Shown in pieces: positions 28,131 to 37,996 of a DNA stretch of 64,000 nucleotides (the stretch's first letter is position 1; each line of letters begins with the position of its first letter). The notes under the pieces were generated by a model. That model saw only the letters and a program-made list of their open reading frames with translations, ran no database searches and was not told the origin of the DNA. Origin of the DNA: a bacterium (GTDB lineage: Bacteria > SAR324 > XYD2-FULL-50-16 > G965216635). The stretch is from NCBI GenBank assembly GCA_965216635.1, contig OZ244188.1, forward strand, positions 224,001-288,000. Reading direction: 5' to 3'. A program made the translations under genes and the position numbers.

Positions 28131-30014
28131 ATGAAAATTTTGAAAAAGAAAAAAATCAATTTTTCTAGAAGAGTTTATCTTGTTCTCGCCTGTTTCTTTC
28201 TTGGTTCTTACTGTTTCTCTGGTTCGGGGGTTATTTTCGCTCAAAACTTTGAGTTAGTAGATAAAGAAACTTATGAAGAATATTACAAAAAACCGCTCTA
28301 TGTTCCAGATGTGCGTTTTTCTGGAGAATACCAATATAATGCTTTAAATTTTGAAGATTTTGCTGGTAATAGGCATATATCTTCTTGGCAGGGTTTTGAA
28401 TTGCGTCTACGAAGTGAGGTCAAAGAAAATTTGAAGCTTAATCTTTTATTTACCAACGAGCCTTACGAATGGGGCGAAACGAAGGAGGTTTATCGCTCTC
28501 GTGGGAACGGCAATAGGCAAAATCAAGCAAGACAGAATATCGGAATTTCTTTGCGGGAGTTTTACTTGGAATACAATAGCAATCCTCACGCTATTTTTCG
28601 TGCGGGTCGCCAGCCTATCAGCTTGGGTGATAAATTAGGCTTGATTTATGAGGGGGAAGCAGATGCTTTTACTATTAGCTGTCGTATTGGCACTTGGTGT
28701 TTGGAAGCAGGGCAGGCTAATTTTGGTGGTGGGATAAAAGCCTACGAATCGTATGGAATTACTACTTGGCTAGAGTTTTTTTATCCCGTCTATGAATCGG
28801 AGGAGACAATAGAAAACTATTGGATTGACAACGAGGAGAAGAAAAGAAAACATTCCCGATTGGATGTAGATATCTATCGTATAGACGACAAGCAAGACAG
28901 AGTCGCTGTGACTTCTTATGGGGGTAGAACCCATAACCCTTATCAAAATTCTGTAGGGGATATAGTCTATAGTCCTGATCATTTGCAAGTTGGAGTAATA
29001 GATGATTTTACTCTACAAACTAGAAGTTTTGATTTTAATGGAGATGAGACTATTGACGCTACTAATGATATTTTAGGAAGAGATGTGAAAGCTGGAATAG
29101 AAAATTCTATTTTCAGTGAATATGCTACGAGTAGCCCTTTTGATATTAATGGAGATGGTACTTTTGATAATCCCAACAAAGACGAATTCCTATTTCTAAT
29201 AAGACTTCCTGTTTTGAGAATAGATGCTATAGATAGCTATAGATCCATCAGTGTAGTTAAAAGTAATAACAAAGATATTAGCGCTGACTTTGCCTTTGAC
29301 TTACCCTTAAATCTAGAACGTGTTTATTTTGATAGGGAGCAACAAACTTTTGGTATTAATATTAAATGGTATGCCGGCAATTTTGGTTTGCTTTTTCATA
29401 CTGCTCAAAATTTTGGTAAAAAAGCCTACCACTATGGAGGAGGTGATAGCGATGCTGTGCCTGGTGCAGAAAGACAGACATTAGGAAGATTTTACCGTTT
29501 GGAATGGCAACAGCTAGCTGGCAGTTCTACCCAATTTGGGGCAGTAGCTTTTATGGCATCAGGTGGGAAAGCTAATTCTAACGATGACTTTCCTTGGAGC
29601 AATAACGATGGTTATTTTGAATGGAATAAAGGCACTTATGGAGATGCTCTGTTATATTTTGGAGGAAAAGAAAGCTATCTAGGACAGGCTCATTCGGTGA
29701 ATAATTTAGTTTATAGTAGTTTTTATTACAAATACCACGGTGCCGAACAAAATATCGGAGGCATTACGCGACTATTTAGCTTTAGTAGGAACGAACCTGT
29801 CTATAACGCAGCAGGTAAAAAAGTATCCTACATAGGTTGGGAGTGGGATTTAGAATTTTATAAATATATCTCTGATTCTTTAAAAATAAGTCTAGAGGCT
29901 GCTTATTTCAAACCTGGAAATGCTTACAGTCCAGATGATTCTACAAAACCCGGAGTAGATCCCATTCCTTCTAATATTACGCAGTATAATTTTAAGATAG
30001 AGTATAAATTCTAA
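28131..30014 (+). CDS. Outer-membrane beta-barrel (alginate-export/porin-like) with an acidic DxNGD insertion
   Basis: Signal peptide, LREFYLEY, FRAGRQPI, IGWEWDL, AYFKPG, terminal YKF. Confidence 0.65.
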   Translation: MKILKKKKINFSRRVYLVLACFFLGSYCFSGSGVIFAQNFELVDKETYEEYYKKPLYVPDVRFSGEYQYNALNFEDFAGNRHISSWQGFELRLRSEVKENLKLNLLFTNEPYEWGETKEVYRSRGNGNRQNQARQNIGISLREFYLEYNSNPHAIFRAGRQPISLGDKLGLIYEGEADAFTISCRIGTWCLEAGQANFGGGIKAYESYGITTWLEFFYPVYESEETIENYWIDNEEKKRKHSRLDVDIYRIDDKQDRVAVTSYGGRTHNPYQNSVGDIVYSPDHLQVGVIDDFTLQTRSFDFNGDETIDATNDILGRDVKAGIENSIFSEYATSSPFDINGDGTFDNPNKDEFLFLIRLPVLRIDAIDSYRSISVVKSNNKDISADFAFDLPLNLERVYFDREQQTFGINIKWYAGNFGLLFHTAQNFGKKAYHYGGGDSDAVPGAERQTLGRFYRLEWQQLAGSSTQFGAVAFMASGGKANSNDDFPWSNNDGYFEWNKGTYGDALLYFGGKESYLGQAHSVNNLVYSSFYYKYHGAEQNIGGITRLFSFSRNEPVYNAAGKKVSYIGWEWDLEFYKYISDSLKISLEAAYFKPGNAYSPDDSTKPGVDPIPSNITQYNFKIEYKF

Positions 30015-30016
30015 AT

Positions 30017-30104
30017 TAGACATTAGCGTTTTGCTTAGCCTATGCTTCGTTAATTTTTTTTTATCCCTTGCCTAGCCATCACATAACACTAATGCAATAA
30101 GCCT
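30017..30104. mobile_element. Degenerate MITE copy
   Basis: TTAGCGTT..TTAGCCTATGC ... CCTTGCCTAGCCATCACATAAC. Confidence 0.6.
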
Positions 30105-30240
30105 CTTTTAAATTAGACATTATTCGGAATTTAGTTTTTTAAAATTTTTTTGCAGTGTCTAGTTTGTCCTAGCTAGTTTGTACTATCTGGCCAATTCAAT
30201 AAATCTCTTTTAAACGAAATATAAGCTAAACAGAATACTA

Positions 30241-31566
30241 ATGAAAACAACACAATCCCAAAGACTATTCCAAGCCGCTAGCCAAAGTATAGCAGGCGGA
30301 GTCAATAGCCCTGTCCGAGCTTTTAAATCTGTTAATCTCCAACCTCTTTTTATTGAAAGAGCTACTGGCTCTAAAGTTTATGATGTAGATGGCAACGAAT
30401 ACATAGATTTTGTAGGCTCCTGGGGACCTATGATATTGGGGCACAATCATCCCGCTGTGCAAAAAAAAGTATGCGAAGCTGCAAAAAACGGCTTATCTTT
30501 CGGTGCTCCTTGCAGAAGTGAAGTGATTTTAGCAGAGAAAATCAAAAGTTTTTTTCCATCTATTGATCTGTTAAGAATGGTCAATTCTGGAACAGAGGCG
30601 GCTATGTCTGCTATCCGTTTAGCTCGTGGTTTCACTGGCAAAAATAAAATTATCAAGTTCATTGGTTGCTATCACGGTCACGCTGACTTTCTTTTAGTGC
30701 AGGCTGGTTCTGGTTCTAGCACTCTGAATACTCCAAATTCTGCGGGAGTGCCTCCTAATCTAGTGCAGGATACTTTGCTTGCAGATTTTAATTCTTTAGA
30801 GCAAGTAGAACAGTTAGTAGAAGAAAACTCGGACGAAATTGCAGCGATAATTATAGAGCCTATTGCGGGGAATATGGGCTTAATCACTCCTCAAAATAAT
30901 TTTTTGAAAGATTTAAGAAAATTTTGTGATTTGCACTCTATCTTGCTGATTTTTGACGAAGTTATGACGGGATTTCGGGTAGCCAAAGGAGGAGCGCAAG
31001 AGCTTTTTTCTATTCAAGCAGATTTGACTATTTTAGGAAAAATTATTGGTGGAGGTATGCCCGTCGGTGCTTATGGAGGAAGAAAAGATATTATGGATTG
31101 TCTTGCTCCTTTAGGAAAAGTCTATCAAGCTGGCACTCTTTCGGGAAATCCTATTGCAATGGCATCGGGTATAGCTACTTTAGAAGAATTGGAAAAAGAA
31201 GGTGTTTATGAAGAATTAGGACAAAAAACGAACTGGTTTATACAGTGTTTGCGTTCTGTTTTTGAAAAACACAATCTCCATTTTAGTATGAACTATGCGG
31301 GAGCTATGTTTGGTTTTTTTATAATGCAAAAAGATTTGCCACCAGAAAAATTCTCGGGAGATGTAAAAAACTACTCCGATGCTCAAAAAACCGATCAAGA
31401 TCTTTTTAGCAAACTTTTTAAACAACTTTTGATAAGAGGCGTCTACATTGCCCCTTCTGTTTTTGAGGCTGGTTTTATTTCGCTTGCTCACAGCGAAGAA
31501 GATTTACAAAAAACGGTGGATGTTTTTGATGAAGCACTGGGTAAAGTATTGAGCGAGCTGTTGTAA
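30241..31566 (+). CDS. hemL: Glutamate-1-semialdehyde 2,1-aminomutase
   Basis: GGVNSPVRAF, NSGTEA, GKIIGGGMP, YQAGTLSGNP. Confidence 0.95.
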   Translation: MKTTQSQRLFQAASQSIAGGVNSPVRAFKSVNLQPLFIERATGSKVYDVDGNEYIDFVGSWGPMILGHNHPAVQKKVCEAAKNGLSFGAPCRSEVILAEKIKSFFPSIDLLRMVNSGTEAAMSAIRLARGFTGKNKIIKFIGCYHGHADFLLVQAGSGSSTLNTPNSAGVPPNLVQDTLLADFNSLEQVEQLVEENSDEIAAIIIEPIAGNMGLITPQNNFLKDLRKFCDLHSILLIFDEVMTGFRVAKGGAQELFSIQADLTILGKIIGGGMPVGAYGGRKDIMDCLAPLGKVYQAGTLSGNPIAMASGIATLEELEKEGVYEELGQKTNWFIQCLRSVFEKHNLHFSMNYAGAMFGFFIMQKDLPPEKFSGDVKNYSDAQKTDQDLFSKLFKQLLIRGVYIAPSVFEAGFISLAHSEEDLQKTVDVFDEALGKVLSELL

Positions 31567-31581
31567 GCAATTCTATCCATA

Positions 31582-32490
31582 GTGCAAAGTCCTTTTTTTT
31601 CTGTTGTAATTCCTACCTATAACCGCAAAGAATTTTTAAAAAAAGCTATAGATTCTGTTTTGCAACAAAGCGAAAAAGATTGGGAGCTTTTGATTGTGGA
31701 CGATGGCTCTACCGATGGAAGTTCGCTAAAAGAAGAAATAGCCAAAAAAGATTATTCTCAAGAAAATATTCATTGGTTCACAAGAAAACATTTTGGAGTA
31801 AGTAGTGCTAGAAATCATGGAGTCAAACAAGCAAAAGGCGAGTGGATAGCGTTCTTGGATTCTGATGATTTGTGGCATCCTGAAAAACTTAAAAAACAAA
31901 AAGAGTTTGCCCGCCAATTCCCCAAGTATAGTATTTTTCAATGTGAAGAATTTTGGATGAAAAACAATTCACAGGTTAATTTACCACAAAAACATTATAA
32001 AAAAGCAGGTGATATTTTTAAAAAATCGTTGGAACTTTGCTTTATCACTCCGTCTGCTGTTTGTATAAAAAAAAAACTTTTTGAAATGTTTGGAGGCTTT
32101 GATGAAAATATGCCTTGCTGCGAGGATTACGATCTTTGGCTAAGAATCACAGCACAACAACCTGTCGGATTACTTGCAGAAAATTTAGTTACTCGCTACG
32201 AAGGACACCCAGAGCAACTTTCCCACACTTTTTTTGCTATGGATAGATTTCGTATTTATAGCCTTTGCAAATTGTTTCTTTTTGAATCACTAACCAAAAC
32301 TCAAAGAAATTTAGCAAAAGCTGTTTTTTTTAAAAAATCTGCTATCTATCTCCAAGGAGCAAAAAAAAGAAATAAAGATAGTCAAAAACTAAAAAATTTA
32401 CTTCAAATTGTCACAGATGTTTTTATCTCCAGTGAAGAAGAAAAAGAATTTTTTCTTGAATCTATTCGCGAGCTCCTATGGAAAAGTTAA
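31582..32490 (+). CDS. Glycosyltransferase family 2
   Basis: [26 protein letters not shown]. Confidence 0.9.
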   Translation: MQSPFFSVVIPTYNRKEFLKKAIDSVLQQSEKDWELLIVDDGSTDGSSLKEEIAKKDYSQENIHWFTRKHFGVSSARNHGVKQAKGEWIAFLDSDDLWHPEKLKKQKEFARQFPKYSIFQCEEFWMKNNSQVNLPQKHYKKAGDIFKKSLELCFITPSAVCIKKKLFEMFGGFDENMPCCEDYDLWLRITAQQPVGLLAENLVTRYEGHPEQLSHTFFAMDRFRIYSLCKLFLFESLTKTQRNLAKAVFFKKSAIYLQGAKKRNKDSQKLKNLLQIVTDVFISSEEEKEFFLESIRELLWKS

Positions 32491-32496
32491 AGCTCT

Positions 32497-32847
32497 TTAG
32501 GCATTTGTTCTTTCACAGCGAATCAAAATAAAATCTGCTTTTGCTAAAGCCTTAGGTTTTAGACATTCTACTTCCAGCCATTTTAAACGAGTATCTTGAA
32601 TCAAGAAATCAGCTACTTCATTCGCTAAAGTTTCTAGGAGAGAAAATTTTTTCTCTGATAAAAAGTTTTGTAACTTTTCACAAAGTTGGGAATAATCTAC
32701 TGTCTGTTCTAAAGCATCTTTTTCTAGCTCTGGTTCTTTTTTCAGTCTGTATTTTAGATTAAAAACAACCCTTCTTTTTTTTTTCTGCTCCCAAGCAAAA
32801 CAGCCAAGATAAACTTTTAGGGATAAGTTTTGAATTTCTACTTGCAT
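32497..32847 (-). CDS. folB: Dihydroneopterin aldolase
   Basis: G...WE, TVDY, LLETLA, KP.A. Confidence 0.85.
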   Translation of the reverse strand: MQVEIQNLSLKVYLGCFAWEQKKKRRVVFNLKYRLKKEPELEKDALEQTVDYSQLCEKLQNFLSEKKFSLLETLANEVADFLIQDTRLKWLEVECLKPKALAKADFILIRCERTNA

Positions 32848-32867
32848 ATTTTGAACTTTTTGAAAAG

Positions 32868-32941
32868 TAGCGATGGGGTGAATTGAACACCCGACCTTAC
32901 GATTATGAGTCGTACGCTCTAACCATCTGAGCTACATCGCC
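32868..32941 (-). tRNA. tRNA with CAT anticodon (probably elongator Met); CCA not encoded
   Basis: GGCGATGTAGCTCAGATGGTTAGAGCGTACGACTCATAATCGTAAGGTCGGGTGTTCAATTCACCCCATCGCTA folds as a cloverleaf. Confidence 0.92.
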
Positions 32942-32987
32942 TTTGCAATTGTTTTAGTCTAATCTGAATAATTTTCCAAGAAAAATT

Positions 32988-33046
32988 TTAAACAGAAATA
33001 GGAGCTTTAATACTTGGATGAAACTGATAATTTTCTAAAGCAAAAT
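32988..33046 (-). repeat. Stranded copy of the thyA 3' end (FALENYQFHPSIKAPISV*)
   Basis: Matches 33817-33875 with four substitutions, all synonymous. Confidence 0.9.
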
Positions 33047-33049
33047 AAT

Positions 33050-33112
33050 CAAGATAAACTTTTAGGGATAAGTTTTGAATTTCTACTTGCATATTTTAAA
33101 CTTTTTGAAAAG
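33050..33112 (-). repeat. Copy of the folB 5' end and upstream spacer
   Basis: Matches 32805-32867 with one substitution. Confidence 0.9.
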
Positions 33113-33186
33113 TAGCGATGGGGTGAATTGAACACCCGAACTTATGATTATGAGTCGTATGCTCTAACCATCTAAGCTACATCGCC
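33113..33186 (-). pseudogene. Degenerate duplicate of the CAT tRNA
   Basis: Four differences from 32868-32941, including an anticodon-stem mismatch. Confidence 0.75.
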
Positions 33187-33259
33187 TTTATTTTTGAGAT
33201 TTTTGAATTAACTCTATATAGATGCTAGGCAAGACGCGTGAACTCTACACAATAGCAAA

Positions 33260-33514
33260 TCAGTTATAAATATTACCTCTAAAATCTGCCTTATCAACAA
33301 CAATTTTATCGTCAAGCACATAAAAAATAAAACGAATTTTTCCGATTCGTAGCCGATAAAAACCTTTTGCCTTACCTTTAAGCATTTTTATATCTAAATT
33401 GACTTGATTGGTTTTAAAAAATTTTAAATCTTCAAGTTTTAATAAATATTTTGATGAATTCTTTAAACTACTGATAAATTTATAAACTGATTTTCTGATA
33501 ATAAGGCGATACAT
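33260..33514 (-). CDS. RelE/ParE family toxin
   Basis: DIKMLKG...YRLRIGKIR.I, RGNIY. Confidence 0.85.
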   Translation of the reverse strand: MYRLIIRKSVYKFISSLKNSSKYLLKLEDLKFFKTNQVNLDIKMLKGKAKGFYRLRIGKIRFIFYVLDDKIVVDKADFRGNIYN

Positions 33515-33516
33515 CT

Positions 33517-33693
33517 TTATAATTCTACAAAATCATCTTCCGTTATCTGTTTATCAAAAGCATCATTTTTATATATACTTTCAATTTCTGCTTGCTCCTT
33601 ATCAGATATAAAATTGTATCTTGGGAAATATTCTTTTAGAGCATCTTGTATTAATGATTTTAATTCACTTTTTTTTATAATAACTGTATCCAT
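33517..33693 (-). CDS. Putative antitoxin (58 aa, acidic) upstream of RelE
   Basis: Manual translation MDTVIIKKSELKSLIQDALKEYF...ITEDDFVEL; 2 nt before relE. Confidence 0.7.
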   Translation of the reverse strand: MDTVIIKKSELKSLIQDALKEYFPRYNFISDKEQAEIESIYKNDAFDKQITEDDFVEL

Positions 33694-33816
33694 AGTATTT
33701 TTAATTTTATTTGGGATAGCTCTCCATTAGTTTGATTTAGATTAACCTAACCTAGCTAATTTTTAAAGTAAAAATATCAACAATTTTTGGCTTTTAAAAT
33801 TTATTTTTTTAAAGAA

Positions 33817-34650
33817 CTAAACAGAGATAGGAGCTTTAATACTTGGGTGAAACTGATAATTTTCCAAAGCAAAATCTTTCACTTCGTATTCTTCTAAAGA
33901 GTTTCTTTTTTTCAAAATAGCTAGTTTTGGTAAAGAGTAGGGTTTTCTCGTTAGTTGTAATTTTGCCTGCTCTAAATGGTTTTTATAAAGGTGAATGTCG
34001 CCTCCAGACCATATTAGTTCGCCTACTTCTAAACCACTATGCAAAGCGAGTAGGTGTGTAAGTAGAGCATAGCTTGCGATATTGAAAGGAGTTCCTAAAA
34101 AATAATCTTGACTACGAGCAAAGAAAAATAAAGATAATTTATCTTGATTGACAAAAAGCTGTGTTAAAAGATGACAACAAGCTAAAGCCATTTTACCCTG
34201 TTTGATGTTCTCTTGGGGGCTAATGTCTTCGTCTGGCAAATCTTCTACATTCCAACCGCTCAAAATCATCCTACGGCTATGAGGTTTTTTTTTTAGACTC
34301 CGCAGCAGTGTTTTTATTTGGTCGTAATTTTTACCTTTACTACCGCTCCAATTTCTCCACTGTTTGCCATAAATAGGACCTAAATTGCCATCCTCAGCTG
34401 CCCATTTATCCCAGATACTACAACCGTTATCTTTTAAGAATTGAATGTTTGTATCACCGCGTAAAAACCATAAAAGCTCAGCTACTACGCTTTTAAAATG
34501 AATTTTTTTAGTGGTGATAATCGGAAAGCCAGCCTGTAAATCAAATCTTTGCTGTCTAGCAAATAAAGAAAAAGTGCCAGTACCAGTGCGGTCTTTTTTT
34601 TCTGCTCCTTCTTCTATAATCTGCTTCAATAAATCTAAATAACTTTGCAT
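33817..34650 (-). CDS. thyA: Thymidylate synthase
   Basis: DRTGTGT, ELLWFL, GPIYGKQWR, MALACCH, PFNIASY. Confidence 0.95.
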   Translation of the reverse strand: MQSYLDLLKQIIEEGAEKKDRTGTGTFSLFARQQRFDLQAGFPIITTKKIHFKSVVAELLWFLRGDTNIQFLKDNGCSIWDKWAAEDGNLGPIYGKQWRNWSGSKGKNYDQIKTLLRSLKKKPHSRRMILSGWNVEDLPDEDISPQENIKQGKMALACCHLLTQLFVNQDKLSLFFFARSQDYFLGTPFNIASYALLTHLLALHSGLEVGELIWSGGDIHLYKNHLEQAKLQLTRKPYSLPKLAILKKRNSLEEYEVKDFALENYQFHPSIKAPISV

Positions 34651-34769
34651 TTTTTATGCGATTAAACTTAAAATTTTATATTTTTTGTTTTTCTGTAAGT
34701 GGTTTGTAGACAGGATTTTTTTCTTATTTTTTTCTTGGTTAGTTTTTTAGGTATTTTTATTGTTTTTAA

Positions 34770-35069
34770 TTATAACCCTAGTTCCGAATGGGAACCTGTT
34801 CTAATTAAAATAAGTTCGTCATTTTTTATTCTATATTCTAAAAGCCAATCTCCTTTTATGTGGCATTCTTTGTTACCTTTACTACTACCTTTCAATTTAT
34901 GGTCTTTATTGATTTCAGGGAGCTTGATTCCTTGGGCTAATAATCCAATAATTTCATTAAGATCATTAATATCTCTATTTTTGCTTTTACCTTGTCGGTT
35001 TATTTTTTCTAGATCGTCTTTAAATTTTTTTTTATATTTTAGAGTATAATTATATTCTGACTCTGACAT
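34770..35069 (-). CDS. YafQ-family mRNA interferase toxin
   Basis: DHKLKG, ECHI..DWLL.Y, RTGSHSEL. Confidence 0.9.
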   Translation of the reverse strand: MSESEYNYTLKYKKKFKDDLEKINRQGKSKNRDINDLNEIIGLLAQGIKLPEINKDHKLKGSSKGNKECHIKGDWLLEYRIKNDELILIRTGSHSELGL

Positions 35070-35657
35070 CTAAATCCCTAAATCTTTTAGCATAGACTTA
35101 AAATCACTATAACTTTTTGGTTCAGGTTCGGATAATAAAGCCACTATAGTTTCTCTGTTGGGAAGTCCAAATGATGGTATAGGATAATATGCTTTTATTT
35201 CTTCTTTGGGTATTTTGATATTTTTAATGTTTGGTTTATACAATCTTGCCCAAGGACTGTTTTCATCGTGAAATTCGTCATAAAAATACTTTTTACTCAT
35301 TGAGGAATAAATTTCTATAACAGTATCTAGTATTTCTTCAGTCTTCCTCTGTAGGCTACTACTGGCATTATCTATTATAGATGGAATAGTTTTTTTACCA
35401 TTTTTTAAAAAATAATATTTTTCTTTTATATTTTTATTACCATAATTCTTAAATTTACAATAAACCTCAGGTATGACAGGCCCATGTTCCCAAGCCTGAA
35501 TTTCATCTTTAAATAATTCTAAATTGTAATAAGCAGAACCTATTCCATAAGCACTGTAAACAAATTTGTTTAATTTAAAATTGTCTATCTCTTTAACTTT
35601 ATCAATAAAATAATTTGCTATTTGGACTGCGGTGTATTTATTATTTTCAGTTTCCAT
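35070..35657 (-). CDS. Panacea-domain antitoxin with a DinJ/RelB-like C-terminal tail
   Basis: IANYF, KLNKFVY, QAWEHGPV, H..SPW, then PNRETI...KDLGI. Confidence 0.8.
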   Translation of the reverse strand: METENNKYTAVQIANYFIDKVKEIDNFKLNKFVYSAYGIGSAYYNLELFKDEIQAWEHGPVIPEVYCKFKNYGNKNIKEKYYFLKNGKKTIPSIIDNASSSLQRKTEEILDTVIEIYSSMSKKYFYDEFHDENSPWARLYKPNIKNIKIPKEEIKAYYPIPSFGLPNRETIVALLSEPEPKSYSDFKSMLKDLGI

Positions 35658-35945
35658 TTTTAGTATCGGGCAATTTCTATAAATATTTTTTAGGTTTTGG
35701 AATAAAGGATATATTTTGAAAATCGTCGCTTATATCAACAAATAAGTGATGATTTTCTTCTTTTATCAGCTCAAATATTCTCCAATTTTCTCTTTTTTTT
35801 GATCTCTGTAGATATTTTTTTTTAAGTATCTTTTTTCCCCTAATTTATGAAAGTCGTATTTGTTATCAAACATAAATTTTATAGTTGGTGATATTGAGTT
35901 TATTTAACTAAAAATAATAGTAAAAGTCAAGGTTTTATAAAAAAT

Positions 35946-36076
35946 TTTTCATACAATCAAATTTTGTTTGTCTAGCAAATAAAGAAAAAGTGCCAGTACC
36001 AGTGCGGTCTTTTTTTTCTGCTCCTTCTTCTATAATCTGCTTCAATAAATCTAAATAACTTTGCATTTTTTATGCG
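35946..36076 (-). repeat. Chimeric junction A: thyA 5' end (98 nt coding) fused to the comM 3' end
   Basis: Identical to 34553-34660 and 41283-41312; joined at a shared CTAGACA. Confidence 0.95.
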
Positions 36077-37773
36077 CTAGGAGATAAATTTTCTTTAAAA
36101 AAATTTAATATAGTGCGGGAAAATTTATCTTCTCGTTTTTCAATATCTTCTTTTAGCCAATCGTCTTTAGTATATCGTGATAATTTTTGAACCTCTGCTA
36201 TATTAGAATTTTTATATACTTCTTTTTTTGTTTTGAAGTTATCATTGCTTGCTTGATTATTAGTTTTTTTCTCTATAGCAACCTTGTTGCCGAATTTTTC
36301 TCTATATTTCTTTGCATCTTCTTCACTCCATCCATGATAATTCTTCCACCGCCAAGGAAAAATATGTTCAATCTCAAATTTTTCTGAAATCAATTCTTCT
36401 TGTTTTGGGTTTTGATAAGCGTGCACTAAAATTAGTCCTCTTGCTATTCTTAAGTTGTTTGCATTACTAATCCTAGTTTTCAAAGGTGGATTTTGGTATT
36501 TTTCTAATTCAATATTCATTTCATAATTTTTATTTTGGCATAAATTTTCACACTCTTTATGAGTATCGTTTTTAATTTCATTTACAGTTGGTTTTTCTAT
36601 AAATTTGACATACAAAAATGCAGTTAGTTTTTTTAAAAATTGTAGAAAATTTTCTTCAAAATTAGGTCCATCTTTTTTTTTCAGATAAAAAACGCTAGTG
36701 AGATATCTCCAATGTTCGTTTGGATAATTTTGTAAGCAATGCAGATATTTATACGTTTCTTGGATAATTTTTTTATTTTTAAAATCTAAATCTCTTCCAT
36801 TTATAGCTACCCAAAAAGTAGCTAGTTTATCTAAATTTTCCAGCAAATTAGGCTCTGCTAGTTTTTTGTAACCGTCTCTTGCATAAAATTTTCTTAAACT
36901 CACTTCAACTTCCTTTTTAGTATTTTTTGCTTTTCCTCCAAGATAGCGCATATAATAGGTAAATAAATTATTTAAAAAAATTTTAGCGGGTTCAAGTTTT
37001 TTTACTTTTTCTACCAATTCTTTCCAATCATTAATAAATTTTTCTTTTTCTTCATCTGTTTTTTTTGTTTTATAAATTTCTGCTTTAAAAATATCAGAGT
37101 CATTCAAAGGCAATCCTCTATCGTTAAGTGTAGAAAAAATTGTTAAGGCAGCGCCAGCATTATTGCATTCAATAGGTAAAATGATACATTTATTTAGTAT
37201 AACACTGAGTAAAGAGTGCCATTTTAAAGGCTCATTTCTAGCGTATTTTTCGCATTGGTTATAAAAAAAATTATAATTTTTTTGGTACCTGTTTTTTTCA
37301 TCAATATCTAATTTTCCTTCTGTTAAAATGGTATGAAATATTTTATTATCACTTTCAGTAACAACTTTTGATTCAATATTTATTTTTGTTTTATTTTCTG
37401 CTCTATGATAGGTTTCATCCACTTCCCAAATGCAAGGTTCAATATCTCTTTTTAAGATATCAATGTTACTATCTTCATTCATTTCTTCTAGTTTTTTATA
37501 AAAGGCTCGCAACAATAAAAAAAATGAAATAACTCTCTGCTGTCCGTCAATAACTTCTATATTTTTTTGTTCATCTTTGCTGGTAACTATTGTACCCAAA
37601 AAGTATTCTTCCTCTTTTTTATCTTTAGAAAAATTATCTATATCATCCCATAAAATTTCACATTTTTCTTCATCCCAGCTGTAAGGTCTTTGGTATTCAG
37701 GAATAATAAATTTCCCTTTCTTAATGCTTAAAAAACTTTTTATACTTTCTCTGCTTACATTTAATTCTGCCAT
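36070..37773 (-). CDS. GmrSD-like (DUF262 + DUF1524 HNH) modification-dependent restriction protein
   Basis: IPEYQRPYSW, IDGQQR, FSTLNDRG.PL, IEHIFP, GN......N. Confidence 0.85.
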   Translation of the reverse strand: MAELNVSRESIKSFLSIKKGKFIIPEYQRPYSWDEEKCEILWDDIDNFSKDKKEEEYFLGTIVTSKDEQKNIEVIDGQQRVISFFLLLRAFYKKLEEMNEDSNIDILKRDIEPCIWEVDETYHRAENKTKINIESKVVTESDNKIFHTILTEGKLDIDEKNRYQKNYNFFYNQCEKYARNEPLKWHSLLSVILNKCIILPIECNNAGAALTIFSTLNDRGLPLNDSDIFKAEIYKTKKTDEEKEKFINDWKELVEKVKKLEPAKIFLNNLFTYYMRYLGGKAKNTKKEVEVSLRKFYARDGYKKLAEPNLLENLDKLATFWVAINGRDLDFKNKKIIQETYKYLHCLQNYPNEHWRYLTSVFYLKKKDGPNFEENFLQFLKKLTAFLYVKFIEKPTVNEIKNDTHKECENLCQNKNYEMNIELEKYQNPPLKTRISNANNLRIARGLILVHAYQNPKQEELISEKFEIEHIFPWRWKNYHGWSEEDAKKYREKFGNKVAIEKKTNNQASNDNFKTKKEVYKNSNIAEVQKLSRYTKDDWLKEDIEKREDKFSRTILNFFKENLSPSA

Positions 37774-37805
37774 AATAATTTTTAAAGTTTAGGTTTATAA
37801 TACTA

Positions 37806-37868
37806 TAGACCTTTGAATTTGCGTTATGTTTAGCCTTGCCGTCGCATCAGCGAAATTCAAAGGTCTAT
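37806..37868. mobile_element. Short MITE copy
   Basis: TAGACCTTTGAATTTGCG...CGAAATTCAAAGGTCTA. Confidence 0.8.
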
Positions 37869-37891
37869 AATAAAAAAAAGTAAGTTTGTAT

Positions 37892-37969
37892 AGTTTAGCA
37901 AAAAAAACTTCTTTGTCAAGTATAAAATATAATTTTTAGCAAAAAAACTTCTTTGTCAAGTATAAAATA
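37892..37969 (-). promoter_or_regulatory. Duplicated sigma70-like promoter upstream of the GmrSD gene
   Basis: Minus strand TTGACA-16 nt-TAAACT with TGn extension; the block is repeated with poly-T of 7 vs 8. Confidence 0.5.
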
Positions 37970-37996
37970 GACTTTTGATTTTAATGGTTTTTTTGT

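Noticed and set aside
32868..33186. Prophage or island attL/attR at the tRNA
   Set aside because: The whole tRNA plus folB 5' sequence is duplicated only about 245 bp apart, with no integrase or phage genes.
35675..35873. Broken ORF fragments upstream of the Panacea-YafQ pair
   Set aside because: Contains stops and frameshifts with no recognisable motif; it may be a decayed gene but cannot be called.
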